Assembly (NCBI GenBank): GCA_964016885.1
Contig: OZ024750.1
Span: forward strand, 23,684,001 to 23,748,000
Length of the DNA: 64,000 nt
Origin: Eledone cirrhosa
Taxonomy: Eukaryota
Direction: 5' to 3'
Shown here: one piece after another, positions 13,433-27,050 of the stretch
Layout of the letters: every line of letters begins with the position of its first letter
Position numbering within the stretch: position 1 is the first letter of the stretch
Translations under genes and position numbers: made by a program
The notes under the pieces: generated by a model
Told to the model about the DNA's origin: nothing
Seen by the model: only the letters and a program-made list of their open reading frames with translations
Database searches by the model: none

Positions 13433-13620
13433 GGTGGATTGGCAGAATCGGTAGAGGGCCGGACGCCATGCTTTCCAGCATAGTTACGTCCCTTTACGAT
13501 CTGAGTTCAAATCCCGCCGAGGTTGACTTTGCCTTTCATCCTTACGGGGGTCGATAAAATAAAGTACCAGTAATGCACTGGGTAATTGCTGGCCTTGTGC
13601 CTAACGTAGAAACAATTAAT
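13433..13620 (+). mobile_element. tRNA-derived SINE family 1 (other copies at about 300-482 -, 5625-5775 -, 9980-10175 -, 28727-28842 -, 30630-30808 +, 36092-36185 +)
   Basis: A box tggcagaatcggtag; B box gagttcaaatcc; conserved central domain gactttgcctttcatcc..ggtcgataaaataaagtaccag. Confidence 0.85.
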
Positions 13621-13650
13621 TTCTCCATTTTCATTTATATATATATATAT

Positions 13651-13714
<64 letters not shown>

Positions 13715-13906
13715 GTATATATATACTGTGATGTTGTCATATTCATGTTACTTATTATATTCTATATATTTATTTTTATATATTTGAAAAAAGGAAAAAA
13801 AATGACTTCACTTGTAGTTCTAAAATTTTACAACTTTGCTATGTAGATCTATATATATATATATATATAATATAAGATCAAAAGATGGTTAAAGGAGTTC
13901 CATGTA

Positions 13907-13973
13907 TTTTATTATGCGCATTTCAAAAACAAACATCATCATGCAATAATATTTGTGTTTTCATCAGATAAAA
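13907..13973 (-). ncRNA. Mirror-image copy of the same hammerhead on the minus strand
   Basis: Exact reverse complement of 14101-14167 within the palindrome centred on 14037. Confidence 0.85.
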
Positions 13974-14100
13974 CAGGAGGACATGATATGAAGGCTAAAA
14001 AACACTTGTGGATAGTGCAGTTTTAAATCAACATATCATATGTTGATTTAAAACTGCACTATCCACAAGTGTTTTTTAGCCTTCATATCATGTCCTCCTG

Positions 14101-14167
14101 TTTTATCTGATGAAAACACAAATATTATTGCATGATGATGTTTGTTTTTGAAATGCGCATAATAAAA
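14101..14167 (+). ncRNA. Type I hammerhead ribozyme with short palindromic stem III
   Basis: Stem I ttttat/ataaaa; core CTGATGA (14107-14113); 16-position stem II (14114-14149) with one mismatch and three G-U pairs; GAAA (14150-14153); stem III ATGCGCAT palindrome; AUA cleavage triplet ending 14161. Confidence 0.85.
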
Positions 14168-14295
14168 TACATGGAACTCCTTTAACCATCTTTTGATCTT
14201 ATATTATGTATACTCCAGTCCTACAAACTGTAGAGTGCTTCTTATCCGATATCTGCATTGCTTTATTGTACTACAATAAAACTCACCTCCTACAT

Positions 14296-14379
<84 letters not shown>

Positions 14380-14553
14380 TGGAAAACAGATGTAAGACTG
14401 AGGATAATATCATCATCAAACATCCATGTGTGTATGTGTTTGTTGGATAGAATGTATATCATCATCATCATCATCATCAAGGAAAACGGACATTTAATGA
14501 TGATGATGATGATAATATCTCCATTCCATTCAACATATACCAGCATACACATG

Positions 14554-14586
<33 letters not shown>

Positions 14587-14697
14587 CACATATATATATA
14601 TTTATATATACACATATATATATACACACATATATATATATATACACACACATATATATATATATACACACACATATATATATATATATATACACAC

Positions 14698-14780
<83 letters not shown>

Positions 14781-14985
14781 TATATATATATATATACACA
14801 TATATATATATATATATACACACATATATATATATACACACACACATATATATATATACACACACACATATATATATATATATACACACACACATATATA
14901 TATATATACACACACATATATATATATATACACACACATATATATATATATACACACACATATTTATATATATATATATATATAT

Positions 14986-15020
<35 letters not shown>

Positions 15021-15160
15021 GTAGGTGATTATCTGCTGCAATAGATATATTGTACATGATCAAGTGGTGGGTGTATATCATCATCATCATCATCATAACA
15101 GGTCATATGATATATACACACAGACACACATTTATTTATATATATTTATATATATATATT

Positions 15161-15210
<50 letters not shown>
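14554..15210. repeat. (TA)n / (CA)n compound microsatellite
   Basis: Direct inspection. Confidence 0.9.
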
Positions 15211-15214
<4 letters not shown>

Positions 15215-15316
15215 TTGTTGAAGATCCAGTACAACTTCCTTTCCACTGACGATGATGATGATGATGCTCGTCTGTTGTTGTTTACAACCACAAGAATGTC
15301 AAACGTGATGAAAATG

Positions 15317-15458
15317 GGAGGAAGAGGAAGAGGAAGAAGAGGAAGAGGAAGAGGAAGAAGAGGAGGAAGAGGAAGAGGAAGAGGAAGAAGAGGAGGAAGA
15401 GGAAGAGGAGGAGGAAGAGGAAGAAGAGGAAGAAGAGGGAGATGAGGAGGAAAAGGAA

Positions 15459-15493
<35 letters not shown>

Positions 15494-15866
15494 AGAAGAG
15501 GAAAAAGAGGAAGAAGAGGAAGAAGAAGAGGAGGAAGAGGAAGAAGAGGAAGAAGAGGAAGAAGAGGAAGAAGAAGAGGAGGAAAAAGAGGAAGAGGAAG
15601 AGGAAGAAGAGGAAGAAGAGGAAGAAGAGGAAGATGAGGAGGAAAAGGAAGAAGAGGAAGAAGAGGAAGAAGAAGAGGAGGAAGAAGAGGAAGAGGAAGA
15701 AGAGGAAGAGGAAGAAGAAGAGGAGGAAGAGGAAGAAGAGGAAGAAGAGGAAGAAGAAGAGGAGGAAGAGGAAGAAGAGGAAGAAGAGGAAGAAGAGGAA
15801 GAAGAAGAGGAGGAAGAGGAAGAGGAGGAAGAGGAAGAAGAGGAAGAGGAAGAAGAGGAAGAGGAA

Positions 15867-15898
<32 letters not shown>

Positions 15899-16081
15899 AG
15901 AAGAGGAGGAAGAGGAAGAAGAGGAAGAGGAAGAAGAGGAGGAAGAAGAGGAGGAAGAGGAAGAAGAGGAGGAAGAAGAGGAGGAGGAAGAAGAGGAGGA
16001 AGAAGAGGAGGAAGAAGAGGAGGAAGAAAAGGAGGAAGAAGAGGAAGAGGAAGAAGAGGAAGAGGAAGAAGAGGAAGAAGA
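15317..16081. repeat. ~760-bp polypurine (GAA/GGA)n tract
   Basis: Almost exclusively G and A on the + strand. Confidence 0.97.
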
Positions 16082-16362
16082 TTAATAATAATAATATCAG
16101 TAACCTTATTAGTGAATGTGCCACAATTAAAATGACACAAGAGATAGAGAGGGATATAATGAAAACATCAACAACAATAGGATGAGAGAAAGGAAACATA
16201 AGAGAGATAGAGTGCCTGTCTGTGTGTCAGTCAAGGAGGCTAATAGGAACAATACATTGTATAACCATACCAATACACAGGTAGCAAACCATCTGATATG
16301 CTTGGAACAGGAGGAGGTTGTCCAGATATCCAGATTTACCTAGATTTCTGGATGCAGGTTAA

Positions 16363-16588
16363 CCATTTAGAATTTCTATTACTCTATATTTACTATTATA
16401 TTTTCAAGGCAAAAAAAAAGCTTTACCTCAAATAATTATTTCACATAATATTGAATCTATCATATTTTGATATTATTTATTTTGAGAACAATACCTTAAC
16501 ATCAGTATGAGTGGCTGGTTACAACCAGTTTGAACAGAAAGAGGTGAGTGAATTCTGGCCGGATACGGCTGGTTTAAATACTAAAGGG
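16363..16588 (-). mobile_element. piggyBac-type MITE, family A
   Basis: Reverse-orientation copy with TTAA flanks. Confidence 0.85.
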
Positions 16589-16830
16589 TTAAATTATATC
16601 AGTAGAATATCAAATAAATAATGAAAAAAAAATATAAAATTGTATTTAATCCATTCATTATCATATATAATATGCTTCAATTAATTTTGAAAATAATCAA
16701 GAATTTTGAATAGCTTAATAAAATATCTATCTTTTTTATTAGTTAATAAGTTGGTGCCTGAAAAATTACTTAATGAAAATTTCTTCCGTAAGATTATTAT
16801 GGACGATTTTAATATAAATATGTAGTTTAA

Positions 16831-17037
16831 CCCTTTAGAATTTACATTACTCTATATTTACTATTATATTTTCACAGTAAAGGCTTTACCTCACATAATA
16901 TTGAATCTATGAGATTTTGACATTATTTATTTTGAGAACAATACCTTAACATCAGTATGAGTGGCCAGTTACAGCCAGTTTGAACAGAAAGAGGTGAGAG
17001 AGTTCTGGCCGAATATGGCCAGTTTAAAGCTAAAGGA
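16831..17037 (-). mobile_element. piggyBac-type MITE, family A, nested in family B
   Basis: TTAA flanks; surrounding 16670-17101 matches family B. Confidence 0.85.
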
Positions 17038-20000
17038 TTAAAACCAGCAGCTTTATATCATAGAACCAGGGCTGGTTTCAGGTGCGCTACTATCAAAAGG
17101 GTGTTTCTAAAGACTATACTGCTAAAGCAAGGTTTGTTTGATATTTATTAATCCATATAAAATTCTTAAAATGCCTAATTAGAATGCCTGCACTACATAT
17201 GATAAATATTAAATGAAAAGTAAAGAATATAATTTCATTTAAGAGATAAAAGTAGAAACTAATATGTGATTTGCTAGTCATCCACACACAGAGCCCCAGA
17301 GGTTCTTATTTGATCTATTTCATAGCTATACATACATGCGTGTTGTAGTGCAGTCACTTCCAAACAAAATCATACCAAAACCTTTGGGTTATGACCAAAA
17401 AGAATGAAATAAATAAGCAAAAAACACAAAACAAATAAGTTCATTTCAAAAACAGCGGATTTTCAGGATGTCTGGAACCTACTTCGATGATTCAATACCT
17501 GTATTTACATCATCAAGGTATACATGCTTGTTTGAAATGAAAAATAAAATCTATAGCTCACACCTATGCAGGTTTATCTGGCCTCCTACGAGGTTGCATC
17601 TGAAGCCCTATTATGGAAAGTAACATGAAATGAAACAACTTGCTCAAGAACACAATGTGTTGCCTGGTCCAGGAATTAAACCTATGACCTTATGATCATG
17701 AATCCAACACCTTAACCACTAAACCTCACGCCTCAAGTTTGTAGAGTGAAAGGAAAATAAATTTAGATGTATGGTTATGGTAAAGGATGTGCCATGAGTC
17801 CCAACTGGAAGAGGAAGGCTGAGGAACATGAGTAAATTGGAGTGGTGAAAACTGATCTCAGGATGCTGATCCTCAAAAAAGAGGTTAAAAAAACACAAGT
17901 GTTGAGACTTTCAAATCTCTATAAGGTCAACTTTGCTTTTCATTCCTTTGGGATTGATAAAATAAAGTACAAGTCCAATGGTGGTGTATTGGTGGAATTG
18001 TTAAAGTTCCAGTCCATGGCAGTATATTGGTGGAATTGTTAAAGTGTCAGACAAGATACTTTGAAGTATTTGTTCTGGTTCATTTGGTCTAAGTTGAAAT
18101 CCAGCTGTGATCTACTTAATCTGTAACATTGTTTAACACCACTACCTGACCCTTGAATATCTTTAGCAGAGTCCAATCTGTTGTAAGCATTCAGACCAGG
18201 TCTCTGATTTGAAGATATTTTCCTCCTTCCCTCCTACCAGTGACATGGCATAGAAAAGGATCATGAGTATTGCCTTTCCCTCTCTGACTAAAAAGTAAAA
18301 CTATATATAAAAGATTACAGTTGCTATGCATATTCAGTGTAGAATAGGTATACCATATCCTTGTATGTGATAAGACATAACTATCAGGGTTGATGCTAGG
18401 AAGAACATCTGGCTACAAAAGGAACCCATAATTAGTATGATACCTTTTGTAGGACCCACAAGGTTAACTCCTGCTTCAGCAGGAGAAAATGGCCTTAAAA
18501 CACTATTACATTACAGTTGCTCAACCTACTAAAAAAGCAAAAATAATTTCCCTCAAACCACACATTGAATGTACAAATGTGATTGATATCAGCACATATA
18601 TATAGTATTTATTACATCTTAGTAATAGAAACCTTGACTTAAATATCTAAAATAGTCTATGTCTATCATTGCCAGATCTAATTATTGCTGTTAGACTTCA
18701 ACACTAAAAGGACAACAATAAAATAAGCCAAACAAATCTTCCAAGATTTATTGCTATTTTATAAACTGAATAATACCCTATCTTTAAATCAGGTGGATAA
18801 TAGTAATCCTACAGCCTCTATATATAAGAACATAGGCTCCCTTTAGTCATGACTGACCATGTATTTACACCAGGGAAAGTTCCTCTCCAAGGCACAAGTC
18901 TGAGCAAGGTATTTTGTAGAAGACCAGTATTTAGTTGCCCATGTATGCTAGTCTCCTCTCTCCATGCCCATGCTTGCCACTGATGTTGTCCAAGAGAAAG
19001 ACAAAGGCTGATACAGTTTGACACCAGTGATCTGACAACTGTGAAACAGAATGCCTTGCTTAATGATACAATGTGCTGCTCGGTCTAGAAGATTTGAACA
19101 CACAACCTTACTATCATAAGTTAAACACCATAACCACTAAAATATGTGCCTATATTCATATGAAATTAACACTTATAATAAACAGGATGCTATATTTTCA
19201 TATTTGAAAAGGATTTTTCAGGATAAAATGTAAGTGGAAATCCAATACTGAAGGTTATATCTGAATATATATCTTGGATAACAAAGATTTTCTTCCTTAT
19301 AGTTCATATGTTGCCATGTTACCAACTCACCAGACCATATATGAGAAAAGTATTTACATTTCTAAAACAGGTTTTATCATGGAGGCAAATTAGCAGAGTT
19401 GTTATAGAGGCCAGAGTTGTTATATGCATCGGGATTAGTTTTGGTTTTCTGAGCTCTAAGTTCAATCTAGGGTTGGTGGATTGCCAGAATTGTTAAAGAG
19501 TCAGACAGGATGCTATGCAGTATCTGATCTGACTCTGTGCATCTTGAATTCGAATCCTGCCTCCTTCTATCAGGAATTGCAACCAATTGATAGTAACAAC
19601 AGCAGAAATACCAATGGAAACATTGTTTCCTTGGTCTGCTCTGACAATCCATTGCTTTTCTTTCCTTTTTTTCTACCTGGAATCACAGATACTGCTACAA
19701 GTGTCAAATTACACTACATTCCATGGCTGTACACAACTATTTTTATAAATTTGGGCTACTTGCTTCATTAAAATGATAATTCTTAATGATAACAAGTCTA
19801 TTAAATATCATCATCATCCTTTTATGCCCATTTTCCAGGTTGGCATAAGTTGGACGAATTCTCATGGTCCAAGTCTAGATAGTTTGGGGGAGCCAAGTCT
19901 CACATATGCTTCTGTGGTTTCTATGGCTGGGTGTCCTTCCCAAAGCCAATCACTTTACAGAGTGTACTGAGTGCATTTTATCATGATACGAGCACTAACA

Positions 20001-20772
20001 CTTTACAAAGTGTACTGGATGTATTTTATTGTGGCACCAGTACTACTACTTTATAAAGAGTACTGGATACATCTTATCATGGCAACAGCACTGCTCTATT
20101 ACAGAGTATACTGAATGCATTTTATCGTGGTTTCTACACAGAAATGTTAAGATTAAATAAATTTCTCCAGTAAATTTATCACATGCATGGCTGTAAAATG
20201 GTTGGTGTTTGGAAGGACATCCAGCTGTAGAAACCACACAAAACTAGAACAACTAAGCAAGAAATGGTCATTTAACTTGTCTTTCTCAACATGACAACCT
20301 ATTTAACCCATGCCAGTATGGAACATGGATGTAAAATGATGATGATGATGGCTGTGCAATTAATGAGTTCACTTTACAACCATTTGATTCTGGGTTCAAT
20401 CCCACTGAGTAATACGTTGAACAAATGACCTCTACTATAGTTTCAGGTTGACTATTGCTCAAGCTCATTGTCATCATCTTTTAACATCTGATTTCCCTGC
20501 TTGAGTTGGACAGATTTTCACAGATCTAGTCAGTACTCAAACAAGGCTACTGACCTCCCAGATAGACTTGGGACCTGCATCCATTTTCTTTGTAGCAAGG
20601 GTTGGACTATATATATACATTGGAAAATATATGAAATCCTTGGTGCAGTTAGGTATATTGGAAAAAAGGAAAAGAATGACTAAATTTAATTTTATAATAT
20701 TACAATTTTATAATTTTGCTATGTAGATCTAGTGCCTTCACTACCGGCGTCAGTACATCTGTTTTCCAATAT

Positions 20773-21107
20773 CATCATCACCATCATTTTACATCCGCCT
20801 TTTCCCTGCTTGCAAGGGTGGGACGGGAACTAATTCTGGCTTAATTTCTACAGCTGGATGCCCTTTCTAACACCAACCTTATTTACAGTGAATGCTGGGT
20901 GCTTTTTTGCCGTGGCACCTCCACGACTACTTTGCAGTGGAATGATAGGGACCCCAGTCTCTATCATCTCATTTCTACAGCTGAGTAAACTGGAGCAATG
21001 TGAAATAAAGTGTCTTGCTCAAGGAAACAACACATCACCCGGTCTGAGAATTGAACTCACAACCTTTCGATTGCAAGCCCAATGCTCTAACCACTAAGCC
21101 ATGCACC
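20773..21107 (-). mobile_element. tRNA-derived SINE family 2 with RTE-type (GAT)n tail and 9-bp TSD
   Basis: Head tggcttagtggttagagc..gagttcaattc; core ccttgagcaagacacttta; TSD ttccaatat at 20764-20772 and 21108-21116. Confidence 0.85.
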
Positions 21108-21212
21108 TTCCAATATATATAGAGCAAAATTGTAAAATTGTAATATTATAAAATTAAATTGTTTAGAACTACAAGTGAAGTCATTCTTTTCCTTTTTTCA
21201 TATATACACACA

Positions 21213-21561
21213 CAGTGGAACCTCGATTCACAAATGCTTCTCATCAAAAACAAATCAGCTCACAAACAATTTTTTTCGAACATAAAACATTTTAGTTTAT
21301 GAACAAGTGTCTCAAGTAACAAACATGCAAGCTGACAACAACGGTTGGCAACAAGCTTGGGGTATCGGCAGGAAAGTGTCACTTGCTGTGTAGTTAGTTA
21401 CTATGGTGATATCTATCAGTCTTTCACACACAGTCTCTCTCTCTATTTCCTTGTATTCCTTTCTCAACATTTTGTATGGGAAAATAGTTTCAGTTTATGA
21501 ACATTTCGAGTGATGAATGGCCTTCAGGAATGAATTAAGCTTGTGAACCAAAGTTCTACTG
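21213..21561. mobile_element. Tc1/mariner (Tigger/pogo-like) MITE
   Basis: TIRs cagtggaacctcgattcacaa / ttgtgaaccaaagttctactg followed by TA. Confidence 0.7.
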
Positions 21562-22544
21562 TATATTTATATATGTATGTGTGTGTGTATGTGTCCATGT
21601 CTATCTTTACATTTGTGTCTGTATCTGTATCCCATGATTTAGCAGTTCAACAACAACAGATCAATAAATTAAGTACCAGACATGAAAAAATAAGTACTAA
21701 GGTCAATTGATATGGTATGGCCCAAACATAGCCTCAGTCTAATAACTGAAACAAGGAAAAGAATAAAAGAGTAAAATAAAAATACAACTAAAAATTAGGT
21801 TACTGTTTCACTAAGATAATATGATAATTAATTCTGAAGACAAAAGTTCATTAGATCTAGTGGAGAAATATTACAGAAGGCAAAAAGTACTTTTGTTTTT
21901 TTTTTTATTTTATTATTTAGTCAAGAAGAGAAGGGCAATGTCTATTATTCTTTAAATTGTCTCCGAGACTGGTGAGAAGGAGGGAAGAAGGTATACCCAA
22001 ACTGGAAACCTAATCTGAATGTTTACAATATAGTGGATTCAGTTAAAAACAAGGGTCAGGTAGTGGATTATGTCTAGATGCATATATATCATCATCATCA
22101 TCATCATCGTTTAATGTCCATCTTCCACACTAGCATGAGTTAGACGGGTTTGTCCCATTTGAGGCAAGTTTGGTCAGGTGACAGTGTCTCGCTCGTATAG
22201 GACTGTTTCTAGCTGGTTTTCCATCCTAACGCCAACCACATTATATGTGTGTGAGATAGAGAGAGTTCCCAAACTTGATGATGTGTTGTGTCCTTGAGCA
22301 AGACACTTTATTTCATATTGCTCCAGTTCACTCAGCTGTAGAAATGAGTTGCGACGTCACTGGTGCCAAGCTGTAATGGCTTCCGCCTTTCCCTTGGACA
22401 ACATCGGTGCCATGGAGAGGGGAGACTGGTATGCATGGGTGACTGCTGGTCTTCCACAAAAACACCTTGCTCAGGCTTGTGCCTCAGAGAGAAACTTTCT
22501 AAGTGCAAATCCCATGGTCATTCGTGACTGAATGGAGTTTTTAC

Positions 22545-22586
<42 letters not shown>

Positions 22587-22782
22587 CATTTTTTTACATC
22601 AACTTCATGCAGGCATGTGCAGGATGGGACTTTTTGAGGCAATGTTTTACAGCCAGATGCGCATTTAGTCACTTCTTACAACATGCAGATAGATAGTGTA
22701 CCTATTTTGAACCATATTTGCATGGATATATTTATCGATATGATATATATATAATCATCATCATTATATATATATATATTAT

Positions 22783-23113
22783 TGGCATCCGTCAGTCTCG
22801 AAAAACCATGGAACTGCTGATGGCAGTGCAGTGTCTACTATGGCTATACAGGCCCACACGAGTGAGGCAGTCCCGTATACAGCAACTACATTTGTAGATG
22901 CTCTCCTCCGCTGCTATACTGCGTTGTTCTTTTTACAAGCACACTTTTCCTCTGAGGTAAGTTTCAGTTTCTCCTCCCCTCGCTCTATTCCCTTGCGCAG
23001 TATTCATCTCCATCAGGGGCGATCATTAGTGACCTCCTCCTATCTATGGGTGTCCAGGTCTATTGACTTCATATCCCTCCTGCAGACGTCTATGAAACGA
23101 AGATGAGGTCATC

Positions 23114-23135
<22 letters not shown>
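22783..23135 (-). pseudogene. RTE/BovB-like LINE 3' fragment
   Basis: PHLRFIDVCRRDMKSIDLD motif with stop codons. Confidence 0.65.
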
Positions 23136-23146
<11 letters not shown>

Positions 23147-24525
23147 AGCATTCATCATCCTTTTATGTCTATTATTCCATGTTAGCATGGGTCAGACCAA
23201 CTGTTATAGATTAAGTCAGTAATTAATCAGAGCTAATATGATCCTAGATCAGCAGAGAGCAATGTCTCACTTACATATGTTATAGTTTTAGCTATAGTTA
23301 GCATGAAGATATAATGTTGAAGATGTAAATGATATAGATAATGGTCATGGAGGTGGTTAGAGTGATGGTGGTGGTTAGAGTGATGGTGGTGGTTAGTATG
23401 GTAAGGTAAAGGATAAATTATGATGGTGGGGGCAGGTAGTATTAGCATGACAATTTCAATGGTGTTGAAGTTGTAAATGATGATGATAGAGCTGGTGAGG
23501 GTTAGCATGAAGATGTAAGTTGTGAAGATGGCAGCAGCAGCAGCAGCAGAGGGGGGGGGGGGGGGGGAGACAGCATCAGTAGCGGTGGTGATGGCAGCAG
23601 TGTTGGTAATGGTGGTGGCAGTAGTGTTTGTTTTAGCACTGGTGTACATGGCGATGGTGTTGTTGTTGGTGATGGTGGTGTAGTAGGAGGCGATGGTGTT
23701 ATTGTTGGTGATAGTGATAGTGGTGTAGGTGGCAGTGTTGGTGATGGTGGCGAATGAGAGTAAGAAAAGTAGATGAGCCAAATATTAATGATGTAAGAAT
23801 ATTTCTAGTGACAATGTCATTAATTTTACATCAACTTGCCAATAGTTAGGTTGAAACACATATCAATCAATGAAGTTAAAGACTAAATTCCAGGCCATGC
23901 TTAAATATTCCATTTCGCTTGATTTCTATGGCTGACTGCCCTTCCTATCACCAGGCAACTTTACAGTGTGTACTGGGTGTATCATATCATGGCGCTAGCA
24001 CTACCACTTTACAGAGTGGAGTGGGTGTATTTTATTGTGGTACCAGCATTAGGGGGGGGGGGGGGTTGCTTGTCCCCTACATGACTAAATAGTCTTCACT
24101 ATTCAACACAGTATCCATTCTTACTCATTACAGCCAGTTCTGTGCCTATATATAATGCATATTTAAATCAACACTGTCATCTCTCCTGCACATGTCATCT
24201 CTTGTCTTTAATACCTAGCCACTCCCTCAGTTCACTTAACCAACTTTCATCCCCATAACAAACATTACACACCCAACCCAACAGATGTGGGTAACTTTAT
24301 AACATAATAAGCAACCATGGTCTCCAAGAGAGATGGAAGTCCACAGAAACAACACAAAAAAGCACAGGCCTGGTGATGTGGTTACGAAGATTGCTTTCCA
24401 ACAACGTGGTTTTCAAGTTCAGCTCCACCCTAAACAAGTGTCTACTGTAGCCTTGAGATGACTAACAGCTTGCGAATGAAATTTGGCAGACTGAAACTGC
24501 AGAAGCTCATCATATGTGTGTGTGT

Positions 24526-24606
24526 GTGGTGTGGTGTGGTGTGGTGTGGTGTGGTGTGGTGTGGTGTGGTGTGGTGTGGTGTGGTGTGGTGTGGTGTGGT
24601 GTGGTG
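24526..24606. repeat. (GTGGT)n pentanucleotide microsatellite inside a SINE
   Basis: Direct inspection. Confidence 0.95.
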
Positions 24607-24897
24607 TGTGTGTGTGTGTGTGTCTCTGTGTGTGTGTCATAACGTAGCAGTTTGACAAAAAGTGATTGATGAAATAGGTACCAGACTTGAAAAAAAACAA
24701 ATACTGGTGTCAATATGACCAACTAAATCCCTTCAAAATAGTGTCCCAGCATAGCCACAGTCTAATGACTGCATCTACTAAATGAATAAAAGAACAACAA
24801 AATCCAAGAGAGAGATCTCCACAGAAACAACACATAAAAACAGCAACAGATCTAATTAACTGACACTGTCATATCAGATTACATGGCAATATTAATA

Positions 24898-25203
24898 CAA
24901 AGGTTCTCAAACTTTTGGGGTCTCTGCCCCCTCTCATGGCCACATAATACCCTCTATTTCCAGAGAAACCTGCCTACACACAAATTGTAAATAATATATA
25001 ATAAATAAAATCGTTAATTTATATATAATAAATAATATAATACTATGTATAAATAAATATTATATATTTCTTTATTTTACTATATTTATATATATGTATC
25101 ATTTGATATTTAATATACTATATCATCTCTACTGAACCCCATCGCCCCCCTGGACCTCCACAATGCCCCCAGGGGACTGTATCACCCATTTTGAGAACCT
25201 CTA
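24898..25203. mobile_element. hAT-type MITE with 8-bp target-site duplication
   Basis: TIRs caaaggttctcaaa / tttgagaacctcta; TSD tattaata at 24890-24897 and 25204-25211. Confidence 0.8.
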
Positions 25204-25299
25204 TATTAATAGGATCATCATCTCTTGGTAAGTCAGGACGGTAGAGTGACAGAAACATTAAAGTATCAAATAACAAGTATTAAACTATCTTAATGAGTG

Positions 25300-25411
25300 T
25301 TGCACTATTTTAACGATGGTTACACTATTTTAATGAAGGTTACACTATTTTAATGAAGGTTACACTATTTTAACGAGGCTTACACTATTTTAACGACGGT
25401 TACACTATTTT
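25300..25411. repeat. 20-bp tandem repeat (ttacactattttaaYgaagg), about 5.5 copies
   Basis: Direct inspection. Confidence 0.9.
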
Positions 25412-27050
25412 ACACCAACAATACCAAGACCAAAAGACTACCAAGACCAAAAGACCACCAACACCAAAACATCACATACACCAACAATACCAACACCACT
25501 ACCATCAACACCAAAACACCACCACCATCAACACCAAAACACCACCACCATCAACACCAAAACACCACCACCAACATCAAAACACCACCAACACCACCAA
25601 AAGACCATTAACAATACCAACACCACCACCAACAATACCAACACCAAAAGACTATAAACAATACCAACACCACCACCAACAATACCAACACCAAAACACC
25701 ATCAACAATACCAACAACACCAATACCAACAATACCAACACCACCACCAATAATACCAACAACAAAACACCATCACCAACAATACCAACACACCATCAAC
25801 AATATCAACACCAACAATACCAACACCACCACCAATAATACCAACAACAAAACACCATCACCAACAATACCAACACACCATCAACAATACCAACACCAAC
25901 AATACCAACACCAAAACACCATCAAGAATACCAACACCAAAACACCAACAATACCAACACCAAAACACCATCAAGACTATCAACACCAAAACACCATCAA
26001 GAATATCAACACCACCACCAACAATACCAACACCATCACCAACAATATCAACACCACCACCAACAATACCAACACCATCACCAACAATATCAACACCACC
26101 ACCAACAATACCAACACCATCACCAACAATACCAACACCATCACCAACAATACCAACACCAACAATACCAACACCAAAACACCAAGAATATCAACACCAA
26201 AACACCAACAATACCAACACCAACAATACCAACACCAACAATACCAACACCAAAACACCAACAATACCAACACCAAAACACCAACAATACCAACACCAAA
26301 ACACCATCAACAATACCAACACCAAAACACCAACAATACCAACACCACCACCAACAATACCAACACCAAAACACCATCAACAATACCAACACCAAAACAC
26401 CAACAATACCAACACCAAAACACCAACAATACCAACACCACCACCAACAATACCAACACCAAAACACCACCAACAATACCAACACCAAAACACCATCAAC
26501 AATACCAACACCAAAACACCAACAATACCAACACCAACAATACCAACACCAACAATACCAACACCAAAACACCAACATACCAACACCACCACCAACAATA
26601 CCAACACCAAAACACCATCAACAATACCAACACCAAAACACCAACAATACCAACACCAAAACACCAACAATACCAACACCAACAATACCAACACCAACAA
26701 TACCAACACCATCACCAACAATACCAACACCATCACCAACAATACCAACACCAAAACACCATCAAGAATATCAACACCAAAACACCAACACCAACAATAC
26801 CAACACCAACAATACCAACACCAACAATACCAACACCAACAATACCAACACCACCACCAACAATACCAACACCACCACCAAAACACCATCAAGAATATCA
26901 ACACCAACAACAATACCAACACCACCACCAACAATACCAACACACCAACAACACCACCAACAACACCAACACCAAAACACCACCAACAATACCAACACCA
27001 ACAACAACACCACCACCAACAATACCAAAATACCATCAACAATACCAACT
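25412..27050. repeat. 1.6-kb ACC/AAC-rich satellite (accaacaataccaacacc variants)
   Basis: Direct inspection; almost G-free on the + strand. Confidence 0.95.

Larger units (their letters stand above)
13867..14296 (+). mobile_element. Penelope-like non-autonomous element: perfect 341-bp palindrome plus ~90-bp tail, inserted in (TA)n
   Basis: 170-bp identical inverted arms with a 1-nt centre (C14037); hammerheads; tail with AATAAA; (TA)n on both sides. Confidence 0.65.

Noticed and set aside
13433-13525. tRNA-like A and B boxes
   Set aside because: These are SINE heads continuing into multi-copy bodies; no complete cloverleaf.
12262-15096. Many YI/IY-rich ORFs up to 291 aa
   Set aside because: They arise from stop-free (TA)n microsatellites.
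15160-16199. Long ORFs (326, 305 and 247 aa) of poly-LP, poly-FL and poly-RK
   Set aside because: Translations of the GAA/GGA tract; no splice or domain support.
23233-23781. 182-aa Thr-rich minus-strand ORF
   Set aside because: Degenerate (GGT/GAT)n low-complexity sequence; no recognisable domain.
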